This document shows positions 39,641-49,573 of a DNA stretch of 64,000 nt, one piece after another. Numbering within the stretch: the first letter of the stretch is position 1; the number at the start of each line of letters is the position of its first letter. Where the stretch lies: contig JARVJZ010000001.1 of NCBI GenBank assembly GCA_029775855.1, positions 64,001 to 128,000 on the forward strand. The letters run 5' to 3'. The DNA is from Nitrososphaeria archaeon. GTDB lineage: Archaea > Thermoproteota > Nitrososphaeria > Nitrososphaerales > JAAOZN01. The notes under the pieces are model-generated. The model did no database searches and had not been told where the DNA came from. It was given only the letters and a program-made list of their open reading frames with translations. A program made the position numbers and the translations under genes.

Positions 39641-40194
39641 AATTGGATGGGCTACTGTGGCTGGGTTTGTGCATCCTAGGGAAGGATAAACTATTAACCT
39701 TAATTGAAGAAAATAAGTGTATTTACCCATTCGACATGGCTCTTCTAGATGGAGACGGTTACATTCTAACAGTTAAGGAGGAAACCACTCTGAACTATCT
39801 AGAGCACAAGAATCTTATATCATACGAGATCATCTTCACACCGCCAAATATCGTAGCCCATTTGACAGCAAAGAGTAAATACGGTAGAATGGGTTTATCG
39901 TTCCTAAACGCTGCTAAAGTTCACAGCGGCTTTATAGGCAGACTTGCACTCGAATTAGTAAATCTAAATAATAACAGAGCACCTATTACTATAAAGAGAG
40001 GCGACCCGCTTATGCATATAGAGTTTATGACACGAGAAGGTTCACCTTCCCCCTACACAGGAGACTACCTCTTTCAATACATGACTGATGAAGAAGTGTC
40101 AATCTATCTGGATTTAATAAGCAAGAAGTTCGCAGAACTATTTCCTCCAGGCTTCTTGGAGAAGAGGGCTAAGAACCGAGTTATGAGCTTGTGA
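39634..40194 (+). CDS. Divergent dCTP deaminase/dUTPase (trimeric dUTPase superfamily)
   Basis: AKSKYGRMGL, VHSGFIGRLALELVN, PYTGDY; the start may be the TTG before CILG. Confidence 0.75.
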   Translation: MVELDGLLWLGLCILGKDKLLTLIEENKCIYPFDMALLDGDGYILTVKEETTLNYLEHKNLISYEIIFTPPNIVAHLTAKSKYGRMGLSFLNAAKVHSGFIGRLALELVNLNNNRAPITIKRGDPLMHIEFMTREGSPSPYTGDYLFQYMTDEEVSIYLDLISKKFAELFPPGFLEKRAKNRVMSL

Positions 40195-40215
40195 AAGTTA
40201 AACAAAATAAAGACG

Positions 40216-40758
40216 GTGCTTAAAATGGTTAAATCTGAACGCAACAGCGGCCCCTTAAGCGGCAAACAGCACACCCTTTTAGTATCAAGGCTTGCATCAG
40301 AGTTGCAGAAGAGCATCAACACTGGGCTCGCTTCAACTAAGATTATGAAGCAAATAGATGAATTAGTAAAATCTAATCTTGAACGAAAAATGAAAGGCAT
40401 ACTTAGGAAACTCGATAGGCTTCTAAGCAGTAATTCTACATCTAAATTTGGAGACTCAATAGGCTTACTATATGTCAAGATCGTATCTCTTCAAGAGTTG
40501 ATAAGAAGCGGTGATGAGGGTTATACGCTTAGCTGCTCACCTAAGGGGCGTGTTAAGACCTCGGTAATTAAAGACCTTTTAAAGTTAGATGAAGAGATCG
40601 CCTACTTCAGCAACGCGTTATACAACTCTATTCCTCAGAAAAATACACTTAAAGATGATACGCTGCGTGAAGTAGAGAATATCGTTGAAGACCTATATCA
40701 TCTTCTGAGTAAAAGGCAGCAATTTTTAGCTGCGATGAAGAAAGCTGCTAGAGGTTAA
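40216..40758 (+). CDS. Hypothetical helical protein
   Basis: 180-aa ORF co-oriented with the upstream genes. Confidence 0.6.
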   Translation: MLKMVKSERNSGPLSGKQHTLLVSRLASELQKSINTGLASTKIMKQIDELVKSNLERKMKGILRKLDRLLSSNSTSKFGDSIGLLYVKIVSLQELIRSGDEGYTLSCSPKGRVKTSVIKDLLKLDEEIAYFSNALYNSIPQKNTLKDDTLREVENIVEDLYHLLSKRQQFLAAMKKAARG

Positions 40759-41686
40759 GCGCTGCTTTAAGACCTTTGTATCTATTTCTTATAGTAACTT
40801 CAGTTACACCAGCAGCCTCAGCTACATCCTTCTGCGTCTTATTTTCGCCTTCTAGCACACACGCCACATATAAAGCTGCTGCAGCTAACCCCATCGGATC
40901 TTTGCCAGCTGAGGTTCTTGTTTCCGCGGCTTTTCGAAGTATTTCAAGCGCTTTTCTCTTTGTCTTCTCTGACAAACCAGCCTTACTCGCTATCCTTGAG
41001 ACACATTTAGTTGGATCTACGACAGGCATCTTAAGATCCATTTCGCGCAGTAGAAGCCTATAGCATCTCGCAATATCTTTCTTCTTCACATTACTTACTT
41101 GCGCAACATCTTTAAGTGTTCTCGGCGTCTCGGTATCTCGGCAAGCAGCATATAAAGCAGCTGCTATTAGGGCTGAGATGGATCTACCTCTAACCAGCCC
41201 TTTCTCTAACGCTTTTCTGTATATGTACGCCGCTTTTTCTATTACAGCGTCGCTTACACTCAGCTTATCCGCTAGTCTGTCAAGTTCACTAAAGGCTTGC
41301 CTAAGGTTACGGTCTATAGGCTCATGCACTTGACTCCTACCATCCCAAGTTCTAAGCCTCTCAATCGTAGCCTTCATAGATGCTGGCAGAGCTTTGCCTG
41401 ATGCGTCCCTATCCTCCACTCCTATCATCGTAGCTAGACCCATATCGTGCATAGCGAGGGAGGATGGCACACCCGCCCTACTTCGATTCTCCTTCTCCTC
41501 CTTTGAGAAGGCTCTCCATTCAGGCCCTAGCTCTTCTATCTTTTCTTTGACGACGTAGCCGCAGTTGCTGCAGAATAATTCGCCGCCAGCAGTATCCATT
41601 ACCATCGGTCCTTTCCCGCATCTTGGGCATCTGTCTACAGACTGCCGTAGCCTATATAAGTTTGCATACTCTTTGTTTTCACTCAT
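40748..41686 (-). CDS. tfb: Transcription initiation factor IIB (TFB), canonical copy
   Basis: CPRC..CSNC ribbon, GPEWRAF, two cyclin repeats, GKDP, VTEVTIRNRY. Confidence 0.96.
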   Translation of the reverse strand: MSENKEYANLYRLRQSVDRCPRCGKGPMVMDTAGGELFCSNCGYVVKEKIEELGPEWRAFSKEEKENRSRAGVPSSLAMHDMGLATMIGVEDRDASGKALPASMKATIERLRTWDGRSQVHEPIDRNLRQAFSELDRLADKLSVSDAVIEKAAYIYRKALEKGLVRGRSISALIAAALYAACRDTETPRTLKDVAQVSNVKKKDIARCYRLLLREMDLKMPVVDPTKCVSRIASKAGLSEKTKRKALEILRKAAETRTSAGKDPMGLAAAALYVACVLEGENKTQKDVAEAAGVTEVTIRNRYKGLKAALNL

Positions 41687-41821
41687 TTTTTCACCAGAAA
41701 ACTTTTTATCCAAAAGATAAATCCAAAGACTTCTTTATAAACTTTACTGAACAATATTAGCTAAATGGTAAGTGCATGGGGTTAATTGAATCTTTGGAAT
41801 ATTGTCTATTTGATACTTTTT

Positions 41822-42217
41822 CTAAATATAGAGTATTAGAGCACCTTTGGCTGCTTCTAAGAAAGCCGCAAGATCCATAACATCACTCCTAATTACCTCT
41901 GGCAATATTTTAGATTCCTCTTCAGTAATTTCACTTTTCGCTAAGATCGTTGCAAGATCTTTACCCCTTTTGACTATACGATCGTGGACGCCTAGTAAAT
42001 TTTCGAAGTATTGCTGCCTGAAGATCTTTATGTGAGAAGGGTAGAAGATCTCTTCTTCCCATCTGAAGTGAGGGCCAGTCAGCTTATCTAACTTGAGGAG
42101 AATCTCTAAGGCTTTAGTAGCGTCTCGTTTGCTGATTGTATCGATTAGTTCAAGCAGGATGTCTCGAACTTTTGTATGGTTGGATTTTATTTCAGTTATT
42201 ATATCTAATCTCGCAAT
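41822..42217 (-). pseudogene. Hemerythrin/HHE-domain ORF with ATT in place of a start codon (not in ORF track)
   Basis: 131-codon open frame IARLDIITEIKSNHTKVRD...GPHFRWEEEIFYP...LLGVHDRI; in-frame TAA four codons upstream and no ATG/GTG/TTG. Confidence 0.65.
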
Positions 42218-42356
42218 TTTCTTTCGCTGTTAAAGGGTATAACAGTGTAATATATAAATATATCGCTGCTATAAGAAAAATATCGAAAAAGCGGCGAACT
42301 AAATAACGGAATAAGTGTAAATAAATATATTAGCATCAATCAGCATCGCTTAAGAG

Positions 42357-42830
42357 GTGATATACGTGATGGAATCTCAGACTACACCTCTAGGGTTTAT
42401 AAAATATAGGATCAAGGTTTCAGATACCGATTGTGGGGGTCGAGTCTTCTTCCCTAGTTATGTTAGGCTTCTTAACGAAGCGATACTCCATATGTTTAGG
42501 GTGCGTGGCGTTACTCTGCACGGCACATTCTCCTTAACCTATATTGATGGTAAGCCGCTTGAAGGACATTTCGTTGTAGGCGAATATTCTTGTCGTATAG
42601 AAGCACCCTCTCAATACGATGATGTGGTGATTATAGAGGTGTGGATTAAGAAGATTGGGGAGCATTCTATAACTTTTGAAGGACAGATGATAGATACACA
42701 AGCCAGAAAAAAACTTGCAAGCGGTTGGATAACTTACGTCTATGTTCACAACGATAAATCCAAGAAGATTCCTGTGGAGCTTATTGAACGTATAAAAGCT
42801 ACTCCAAAGTCTTCAGAAGATTACTTCTAA
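42357..42830 (+). CDS. Acyl-CoA thioesterase (4HBT/YbgC hotdog fold)
   Basis: DTDCGGRVFFPSY, APSQYDD, SKKIP. Confidence 0.85.
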   Translation: MIYVMESQTTPLGFIKYRIKVSDTDCGGRVFFPSYVRLLNEAILHMFRVRGVTLHGTFSLTYIDGKPLEGHFVVGEYSCRIEAPSQYDDVVIIEVWIKKIGEHSITFEGQMIDTQARKKLASGWITYVYVHNDKSKKIPVELIERIKATPKSSEDYF

Positions 42831-42950
42831 CGACGAACCTACTACACATCCTTCTGCTTGGTTTAAAATTAAAGATGATAGCTGATTAAGCGATGCTTTC
42901 GGTGCACGTAAAGTTAAAAAAAGAAGGTAGAGTAGAAGTAGTGTAATAAT

Positions 42951-43844
42951 TTGGTTAAGATTCTGATAGTTGGGCATATAACAATAGATCAAATAGCCTC
43001 ATATAACAGAGTCCTCACCTCGGTGGGGGGTCCTCCTAGTTATGTAGGTCTTATGGCAACGCGGCTAGGAGCTCAGGTAGATGCTGCTACGAAAGTGGGT
43101 TTGGATTTTCCTGAGCAATACCTCCTATTCCTCTCTAGATATATCAATCTCCTTAGCGCAAGTTTATCCTATACAAAGCCAACTACAAGATTTTTACTTC
43201 AGCAGCAAGGTGATGATAGAACAATAAAGTTAATAGCTCGTTGTGAAGATATAGAAGAGAATCAAATAATCAGCAGAAACTATGACATATGTGTGTTAAA
43301 TCCCGTGGCTGGAGAAGTCTCTGCCAAAGTTGCTGCCGCTTCGAAGAATTCAGCTAAATGCTTGTTTATGGATCCGCAAGGTTTTCTTAGAAGATTCGAT
43401 TCAGAAGGTTTCTGCACACTATCCTCCATGGATAAAGATCTTTTAAAAGATGTGGATGTTTTGAAGGTTGATTATGAGGAGATGCGCTGCATAACAGGGT
43501 TGCAAGATCCACAGCAAGCTTTGAGTGAACTGCATAAGTTAGGGCCAAAATTAGTTATTTTAACTGCACATAGAGGGTATGTTACTATTTCTACATCGAA
43601 GAGTATCTACAAGATACCAATACCTGAATACGAAGGTGAAAAAGAAGTAACGGGTGCTGGTGATATTCTTGTAGGCGCCTTTGCAGCAACTTACGCTCAA
43701 AATATGGATGTGTTGTGGGCTGGTTGTGTAGGTGTTTCTGCGGCTTCTCTCTCGGTAAGAGGAGTAGGTATATCAAAGATACCTAGTCGTGAAGATGTCT
43801 TACAATTTGCTGAGGGGATATTCAGAGGAGTTGAAATCTACTGA
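42951..43844 (+). CDS. PfkB-family carbohydrate kinase
   Basis: GHITID, GGPPSY, DPQG, TGAGD. Confidence 0.88.
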   Translation: MVKILIVGHITIDQIASYNRVLTSVGGPPSYVGLMATRLGAQVDAATKVGLDFPEQYLLFLSRYINLLSASLSYTKPTTRFLLQQQGDDRTIKLIARCEDIEENQIISRNYDICVLNPVAGEVSAKVAAASKNSAKCLFMDPQGFLRRFDSEGFCTLSSMDKDLLKDVDVLKVDYEEMRCITGLQDPQQALSELHKLGPKLVILTAHRGYVTISTSKSIYKIPIPEYEGEKEVTGAGDILVGAFAATYAQNMDVLWAGCVGVSAASLSVRGVGISKIPSREDVLQFAEGIFRGVEIY

Positions 43845-44869
43845 TTTACACCTATTAGAGATAGTAGCTCATTGTATGTTGATAGCGCTTCTTCTTCGCT
43901 CTTAACGTTCTTTAGAAGCATTCTACCCTGCCTAAATAGGCTGACCTCAACCCCTTTATATTCAAAGACTAGAATGATAGGGGAGCTTATTAATACCTTG
44001 TAGCCGCTAATCTTCTTAAGAGCTTCATTTAGATCTATGCTTAGGGGCTTAGGTGGGTTGACGTTCACAGTGTCTCTACCACACATCCAAGTTAACTTCT
44101 CTCTCTGCTCCGCTTCTCTTTCAACCTTCTGCTGACAAACCCTACATCCCTCCGTCTTTATTAATTCAATTGTTAGGAACTCCATTCTTCTAAAGTCGCA
44201 GACCAGTAGCCTATTCTTTAGGCTGCCTTCGATTCCGGCTAAGAGCTTAATGGCTTCTAAAGCTTGGATGGCGGCTATGGCTCCAGGAGTGGCACCTATT
44301 ACTCCTCTCGTTGAGCAGGTTGGCAGTATGTCATCGTCTAACCCTGGGAATACACATTCTAAGCAAGGTGTTTCTGGCGGGTGGAAGATGGACACATTTC
44401 CTTCCAACCCTAAAGCGCCTCCAAAGACAAAGGGTATTCGTTTTTTTACACACGCTTCATTAACGATGTATCTTGTGCTCATATTATCTAAGCCATCTAC
44501 GACGCAATCTACGCCATCGATGATGCTATCTACATTAGAGCGTCTAACGTTTTCAGGAACTATATCAATCTTCACGTCTGGGTTTATTTCTGTCAACTTT
44601 TTAGCTGCAACTTCAACTTTTGGGTATCTGAGGTCTTTTCTGGTGTAGAGCGCTTGGCGATGTAGATTGTGGAGTTCTATCGTATCTTGATCTACTAGCC
44701 TAAGATAGCCTACACCGGCTAAAGTTAAGTAGAGTGATGAGATGCTTCCAAGTCCGCCTACCCCTATAATCGCAACTCTTGCTTTGCTGAGCTTCTGCTG
44801 TCCAACTCTACCGAGCTCTGGCATGGTTATCTGGCGTAGATAATATTCGCTGAAGGTGTCTGCTTGCAT
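43838..44869 (-). CDS. ThiF/MoeB (UbaA-like) E1 adenylyltransferase
   Basis: GVGGLG, DQDTIELHNLHRQ, CLEC, catalytic TC, CRVC; C-terminal CGRDTV domain. Confidence 0.93.
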   Translation of the reverse strand: MQADTFSEYYLRQITMPELGRVGQQKLSKARVAIIGVGGLGSISSLYLTLAGVGYLRLVDQDTIELHNLHRQALYTRKDLRYPKVEVAAKKLTEINPDVKIDIVPENVRRSNVDSIIDGVDCVVDGLDNMSTRYIVNEACVKKRIPFVFGGALGLEGNVSIFHPPETPCLECVFPGLDDDILPTCSTRGVIGATPGAIAAIQALEAIKLLAGIEGSLKNRLLVCDFRRMEFLTIELIKTEGCRVCQQKVEREAEQREKLTWMCGRDTVNVNPPKPLSIDLNEALKKISGYKVLISSPIILVFEYKGVEVSLFRQGRMLLKNVKSEEEALSTYNELLSLIGVNQ

Positions 44870-44923
44870 ACAGTTCGGGTTAACTATTAGTAGATATAAA
44901 GTGTATTAAACAATGTTTTAATG

Positions 44924-45322
44924 TCACGGAAGAATCTCTATCTTTTTGACGGTTTTGTTTTGGGTATAATATGCGCCTATAGATTTATCAAGCATAGATG
45001 CGATTAGCCACACCATAGGGTTCGCCTTCATATACTCAAGGTCAATATTTGATGGTTCTGCTGGCGCTGGATGGGAATGGAAGACGCCTATAACCTCTAA
45101 TCCAATTCTATCGGCTTCATCAAAAACCTCAAACACCTCAGAGGGGTCAATCTTAAAGGCTACAGCAGAATCTAAAATATTTGATGCAGGAGTTACCTTA
45201 AGCACAGTAAACCCCTCACTGCTTGTTCTGCCTAAAAGGAAAGCACAAGCCTCTTTAGGTCTATGCGTCTCAACCAATTCATAAAGAAATCTCCTATCTC
45301 TGAAACTTAGAAATAGGTACAT
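44924..45322 (-). CDS. JAMM/MPN+ (M67) metalloprotease
   Basis: EACAFL...FHSHPAPAEPSNID. Confidence 0.92.
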   Translation of the reverse strand: MYLFLSFRDRRFLYELVETHRPKEACAFLLGRTSSEGFTVLKVTPASNILDSAVAFKIDPSEVFEVFDEADRIGLEVIGVFHSHPAPAEPSNIDLEYMKANPMVWLIASMLDKSIGAYYTQNKTVKKIEILP

Positions 45323-45386
45323 CAGAATAAGGTTAAGCAGCGGTCTTCAAAAAGCTTAAGATTTTCTTGAAATAGGAGGTTAGGGT

Positions 45387-45746
45387 ATGAGCGGAGAACA
45401 AAAGAAACTAAAGCGCGCTACGCAAAAGAGAAAGACAAATTCCGAAGCTAAGACTGTTAGAAAGAGAGTATATTCCAAAGAGAAGAAAATTGAAAAGAAG
45501 GAGTCTAAGCCTAACATTCAACTGAAACCAAAGACTGAACCACCCAACGCAGTGGTGCTCAAAAGGCATCACCTCTTGGTTAAGCAAAGAAGCGGCAAAG
45601 GCTTTTCCATAGGCGAACTGAAGGCTATCGGGTTGTCGCTAAAGCAAGCTCTAAAGCTGAGGCTGAAAGTCGATAAAAGGAGGAAAACGGTTCACGAGTG
45701 GAATGTTAAAGCGCTTCAACTCTACCTAGGGATTAAGGCTGTTTGA
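45387..45746 (+). CDS. rpl13e: Ribosomal protein eL13 with Lys-rich N-terminal extension
   Basis: RSGKGFSIGELKAIGL...VDKRRKTVHEWNV. Confidence 0.85.
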   Translation: MSGEQKKLKRATQKRKTNSEAKTVRKRVYSKEKKIEKKESKPNIQLKPKTEPPNAVVLKRHHLLVKQRSGKGFSIGELKAIGLSLKQALKLRLKVDKRRKTVHEWNVKALQLYLGIKAV

Positions 45747-46628
45747 TCCCAAGCGCTCATATGTGAATAAGTACTGCTGAGCGTACCCAGCATATCCACC
45801 AAAATAATCTATCATCTTTAATCGAACCTTATTATACGCTGTAGTAGTAAAAGATTTGTCTTTTAGCTTGCTGATTAACTCGGTATCGAACAGTTGCCGA
45901 TAACATCTTACCAAGCTGCGTCTAACCCATCGATCTATTGGAAAGGCTTCAAGTTTACCATATCCAAAGAGTAGTATACAATCAGCAACTTTGTTACCTA
46001 CGCCCTTAAACAGCTTCTTATTTAGCAGTGTAAGTCTAGCTTCCTCATATTGCTGCTCTGCAAGACTGGGTAAAAGATCAGGATTAGCTTCTACTATTTT
46101 AGCAGCCTCTAATATCCAAGGTGCGCGATACCCTAAACCAGTCTCATATAACCCCTTTAAGCCGTGGCTTAAGATTGCTTGTGGTGTAGGAAATAGGTAT
46201 ACTCTCTCCTTATTAAACATACTAGCGACCCCGAATCTACGACATAATTCGCCTAGTGTAGTCTCAACTCTTCTTATGTTTGTGTATGTTGCTGTGATGA
46301 AAGAGATGAGTGTCTCCCAAGGATCTTGCTTAAGTATTCTTAACCCTCGGTATGCTTTAAGAGCAGCGTGTATATGTTGATCTTTGTCTATTGAATCATA
46401 GATCTTAAGGAGATCATCCTTTAGCCCAAAGTATCTTAAAACTATATCTTCCTCCAACGCTTCGTTAGCTTTAAGTATGAGCTTATCCTTAATTTGTAAA
46501 GCTTTTACAGCTGTTGAGCCTATTACACCATACCAGCTCTCATCTACTTTGCGCCATCTGAAGGTCTGACCAGAGTTCAATGTAAAATCGAGGTTGAACG
46601 GCTGATGCAACCTTATCTCAAACAACAT
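45726..46628 (-). CDS. 8-oxoguanine DNA glycosylase (OGG1-like HhH-GPD)
   Basis: TLNSGQTFRW, QDPWE, GLGYRA, KGVGNKVADC, FPID, AGYAQQY. Confidence 0.9.
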   Translation of the reverse strand: MLFEIRLHQPFNLDFTLNSGQTFRWRKVDESWYGVIGSTAVKALQIKDKLILKANEALEEDIVLRYFGLKDDLLKIYDSIDKDQHIHAALKAYRGLRILKQDPWETLISFITATYTNIRRVETTLGELCRRFGVASMFNKERVYLFPTPQAILSHGLKGLYETGLGYRAPWILEAAKIVEANPDLLPSLAEQQYEEARLTLLNKKLFKGVGNKVADCILLFGYGKLEAFPIDRWVRRSLVRCYRQLFDTELISKLKDKSFTTTAYNKVRLKMIDYFGGYAGYAQQYLFTYERLGSNSLNP

Positions 46629-46678
46629 ACAAACACTTATACAGCTATAAACTAAATAAGGCTATTCGTTAGTTTAAA

Positions 46679-47248
46679 GTGGTGTTGCAGCCAAATCGCA
46701 AAAAGCGTGTCGCTCTAGATGTGGACGGCACATTAGCAGATGTTATGCCGATGTGGGTTAAGGTCTATAACGAGGAATATAACAAGAACCTTGACTACCA
46801 GAATATAAGTCAATGGGCTTTTTGGATAAGTTTAGGCATAACCACGCGCGAGTTCTTTAGAATATTCTCAAAGGCTTGGTCAAGATGGGAGGAAATTCAA
46901 CCCACAGAAACGAATATAACACAGACTATAAAAACGCTGAATCGATTATGTGTAGTCGATATAGTTACTGGAAGAACAAAGGACACTTTAAAATTCGTTA
47001 AGAATTGGCTGCGCAAGCATCAGATCCAATACCAAAACTTTATAGCCGTATCTTCATGGCAACACAAGATCTATCTCCCATACGACCTTTACATAGATGA
47101 CTCACCAGACTTGGCACAGTTAGCGGCACATAAACAAAAGATGGTTTTACTCTATAACCGACCATGGAACACTATGGTAATGGAAGGTCCTTGGATTAAG
47201 CGTATCAACAACCTTAAAGAAGCTATTAAAACTATAGTTTGCGATTGA
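46679..47248 (+). CDS. HAD-superfamily 5'(3')-nucleotidase-like phosphatase
   Basis: DVDGTLAD, VTGR, IDDSP, PWN. Confidence 0.88.
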   Translation: MVLQPNRKKRVALDVDGTLADVMPMWVKVYNEEYNKNLDYQNISQWAFWISLGITTREFFRIFSKAWSRWEEIQPTETNITQTIKTLNRLCVVDIVTGRTKDTLKFVKNWLRKHQIQYQNFIAVSSWQHKIYLPYDLYIDDSPDLAQLAAHKQKMVLLYNRPWNTMVMEGPWIKRINNLKEAIKTIVCD

Positions 47249-47251
47249 AAT

Positions 47252-47839
47252 TTAAGGTCGGTTTAACCTACTAACATCAAATACGATGGTTGAAGGAGGC
47301 AGATGAATATCTAACATCCGCTCAGGCGGAGGTATAAAGTTCAACACATACATAAGAGTAGCCCTTTTGGTCGATCTACTTAAAGGTGCTTTTGAGTCGA
47401 AAAACACAGCTAGAAGGCGCTCCCCAAGAGCTTGTGGTAAATTAGGTCGGTCAAGCCTTATATGAGGCTCAAACAACACATCAAACTCGTGCCTATAGGT
47501 TTCACCCCAAAGAGTAAAACGATACTCTACATTCACATAAGGTATAGAGAGACGAAACTTATGGGGATTCGTCGCTGAATGCAAAATATCATTTTGCAAA
47601 TAAAGCCGTCTATGGAGCTCGTCGTAAAAAGGCACCTTAGCATAAACTGTCGCACGCTGCTGTCTTCTAGTAGCCAACACCTCATACTTCTTAAACTCTT
47701 GGTCGGGAAGATTTGAAAGCCCATACTTACCATCATCCTTTTTAGTAACCATCCTATTGACAATTACATGTATGTTAGAATCAGTCGCTCTTCTTAAATT
47801 CTCCACAAACTGATGCTCGTTGCAATCATAGGTGGGCAT
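47252..47839 (-). CDS. Conserved hypothetical protein
   Basis: 195-aa ORF with ATG and RBS; N-terminus CNEHQFVEN resembles thaumarchaeal hypotheticals (from memory, unverified). Confidence 0.7.
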   Translation of the reverse strand: MPTYDCNEHQFVENLRRATDSNIHVIVNRMVTKKDDGKYGLSNLPDQEFKKYEVLATRRQQRATVYAKVPFYDELHRRLYLQNDILHSATNPHKFRLSIPYVNVEYRFTLWGETYRHEFDVLFEPHIRLDRPNLPQALGERLLAVFFDSKAPLSRSTKRATLMYVLNFIPPPERMLDIHLPPSTIVFDVSRLNRP

Positions 47840-47852
47840 GCTTAACTACCTA

Positions 47853-48131
47853 CTAAAGTATGCTGCATAGCGCTTCAATCGTCTCCTTCTTCCCACAGAT
47901 CGTAACAATTGGGTCACGTAAATGATAAAATCTTCCGATTTCATCAGAAACGCTTACTACTTCTTGCCCATTTATGTAGAGCCTTCTACGCCAAAATCTA
48001 TCATCCGATACAATAGTAGCTTCGGAGTGCAGTTTAAAGCCGAGCTCTATCAACTTACTTTCTACAGTATCTGAAGGCACCATACTAGGAAGTGACTTTA
48101 TCCTTAGTTCACTTTTTCCCCTGATGTTCAA
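47853..48131 (-). CDS. Hypothetical protein
   Basis: 92-aa ORF co-oriented with its neighbours. Confidence 0.55.
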   Translation of the reverse strand: MNIRGKSELRIKSLPSMVPSDTVESKLIELGFKLHSEATIVSDDRFWRRRLYINGQEVVSVSDEIGRFYHLRDPIVTICGKKETIEALCSIL

Positions 48132-48252
48132 CCCTATCTGTGTTTATTAGAGGTTCTTAAAATGTTTAGCTCTAGCTAAAACAGCTAACGTTTAATGCCA
48201 TCAATTTTAGTAAAAGTTTGCTACAGTTAACCATTTAGGTAGCTACTTGATG

Positions 48253-49347
48253 TTAAGCGTGTTCGAACTTACAGATGTCTGATGGTTCTTCTAAGTATCG
48301 GTTGATCGTAATTTCACATATGGTGCTGCAATAGTCTGCAATCTGCCCCAGTGTCCAAATTATTGTTCTGAGCGATAGGTAGTAGTTGAGGTTCGGAGTA
48401 GCGCACTCAGAGGGCTCTTCACTGCAATATCTAATGGTTGTAAAGATCTTTTCTGTAAGGTTATTGACAACTAGGCTTACTTGATCCACTTTTTGTGCCG
48501 CTTCGTTAGCAAGCTTTAGATCCAGCTGGAAGAAGGACTTTACTGCTTTGCTGTATATCTCCTCAACAAGGTCAAAGAGCCCATACATCGCACCTAGTAT
48601 ATCTTCATCATACTGATTGTAATCTCCTTCTATCATGCGGATCGTCTCTATAGCAATTTCTTCTACACAGTCTCCTATCTCCTCGAGGAATTTGGCAACA
48701 GTTCTACTACCTATAATATGTAGAGGGTGATCTATCCCAAGCTTCTTTCCTATTGTTCTGTCCCTTATTGCTAATAGAAGCTGCCTAACAACCATCCAAT
48801 ATATTCTGTCTACTTCATTCTCCATATGCAACACTTCGTTAGCAAGGTCCTTCCGCTTCTCTTTTAAGCTGCGGTTAGTCGCATCTAGCATAGAAGATGT
48901 AATGATATAGAGCCTTCTTAGAAGCCCATTTACTGGAAACTTCGTTGGGTCAACAAAGTTTTGTAATATAGTGTAGGTTAATGTCTGCTCCACTATACTT
49001 ATTCCAGTAAGCCTCTGGACAGTTTTTCTAATTTCGTCTAGCTGGAATTTACTTAACCCCTTTCTAGAAACGATTTGAATGGTATCATGCCCAATGATAT
49101 ACATGCCAGTTATGAGCCGTGTAAGTAGCCCTTCATCAGCTATCTTATCTGCTTCAACAACCACTTTAAGAGGGCTCTTTGTCTCTTTGCTCACCCCAGG
49201 AAGTAGTCTGAGGGATCCATCTGCATCTCTAATTAGTGAAACTACATCACCTTGTTTCAGACCTACTTCTTTAACCCATTCTCTTGGCAAAGAAACGACT
49301 AATGTGGAATAGCCTACTTGCTGAACCTTCCTGACTTCTAACTCCAT
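48253..49347 (-). CDS. phoU: Archaeal phosphate uptake regulator (AbrB domain + PhoU repeats)
   Basis: RKVQQVGYSTLVVSLPREW; ENEVDRIY; EEIGD; QIADY. Confidence 0.92.
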   Translation of the reverse strand: MELEVRKVQQVGYSTLVVSLPREWVKEVGLKQGDVVSLIRDADGSLRLLPGVSKETKSPLKVVVEADKIADEGLLTRLITGMYIIGHDTIQIVSRKGLSKFQLDEIRKTVQRLTGISIVEQTLTYTILQNFVDPTKFPVNGLLRRLYIITSSMLDATNRSLKEKRKDLANEVLHMENEVDRIYWMVVRQLLLAIRDRTIGKKLGIDHPLHIIGSRTVAKFLEEIGDCVEEIAIETIRMIEGDYNQYDEDILGAMYGLFDLVEEIYSKAVKSFFQLDLKLANEAAQKVDQVSLVVNNLTEKIFTTIRYCSEEPSECATPNLNYYLSLRTIIWTLGQIADYCSTICEITINRYLEEPSDICKFEHA

Positions 49348-49573
49348 CCTCAGAAAATATATTACACTTACTACTATATATCATTTATTATGCCAGTGTG
49401 ATGGTGTACATACTATATACTTTGTTCTGAATCCGAGGATAAGGCTGCTCCGCGGGTTAGAAATCGGTGTAGCGTTTATGTCAAGAATAAGAAGGGGATT
49501 AAGAATAGTATATACAATAGTAAGAAAATTTAGGTAAGATATATACGCGTGGCTAAAGGTAGTATAAGCGAAC

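Noticed and set aside
41847-42035. 62-aa plus-strand ORF
   Set aside because: It is antisense to the better-supported hemerythrin-like frame.
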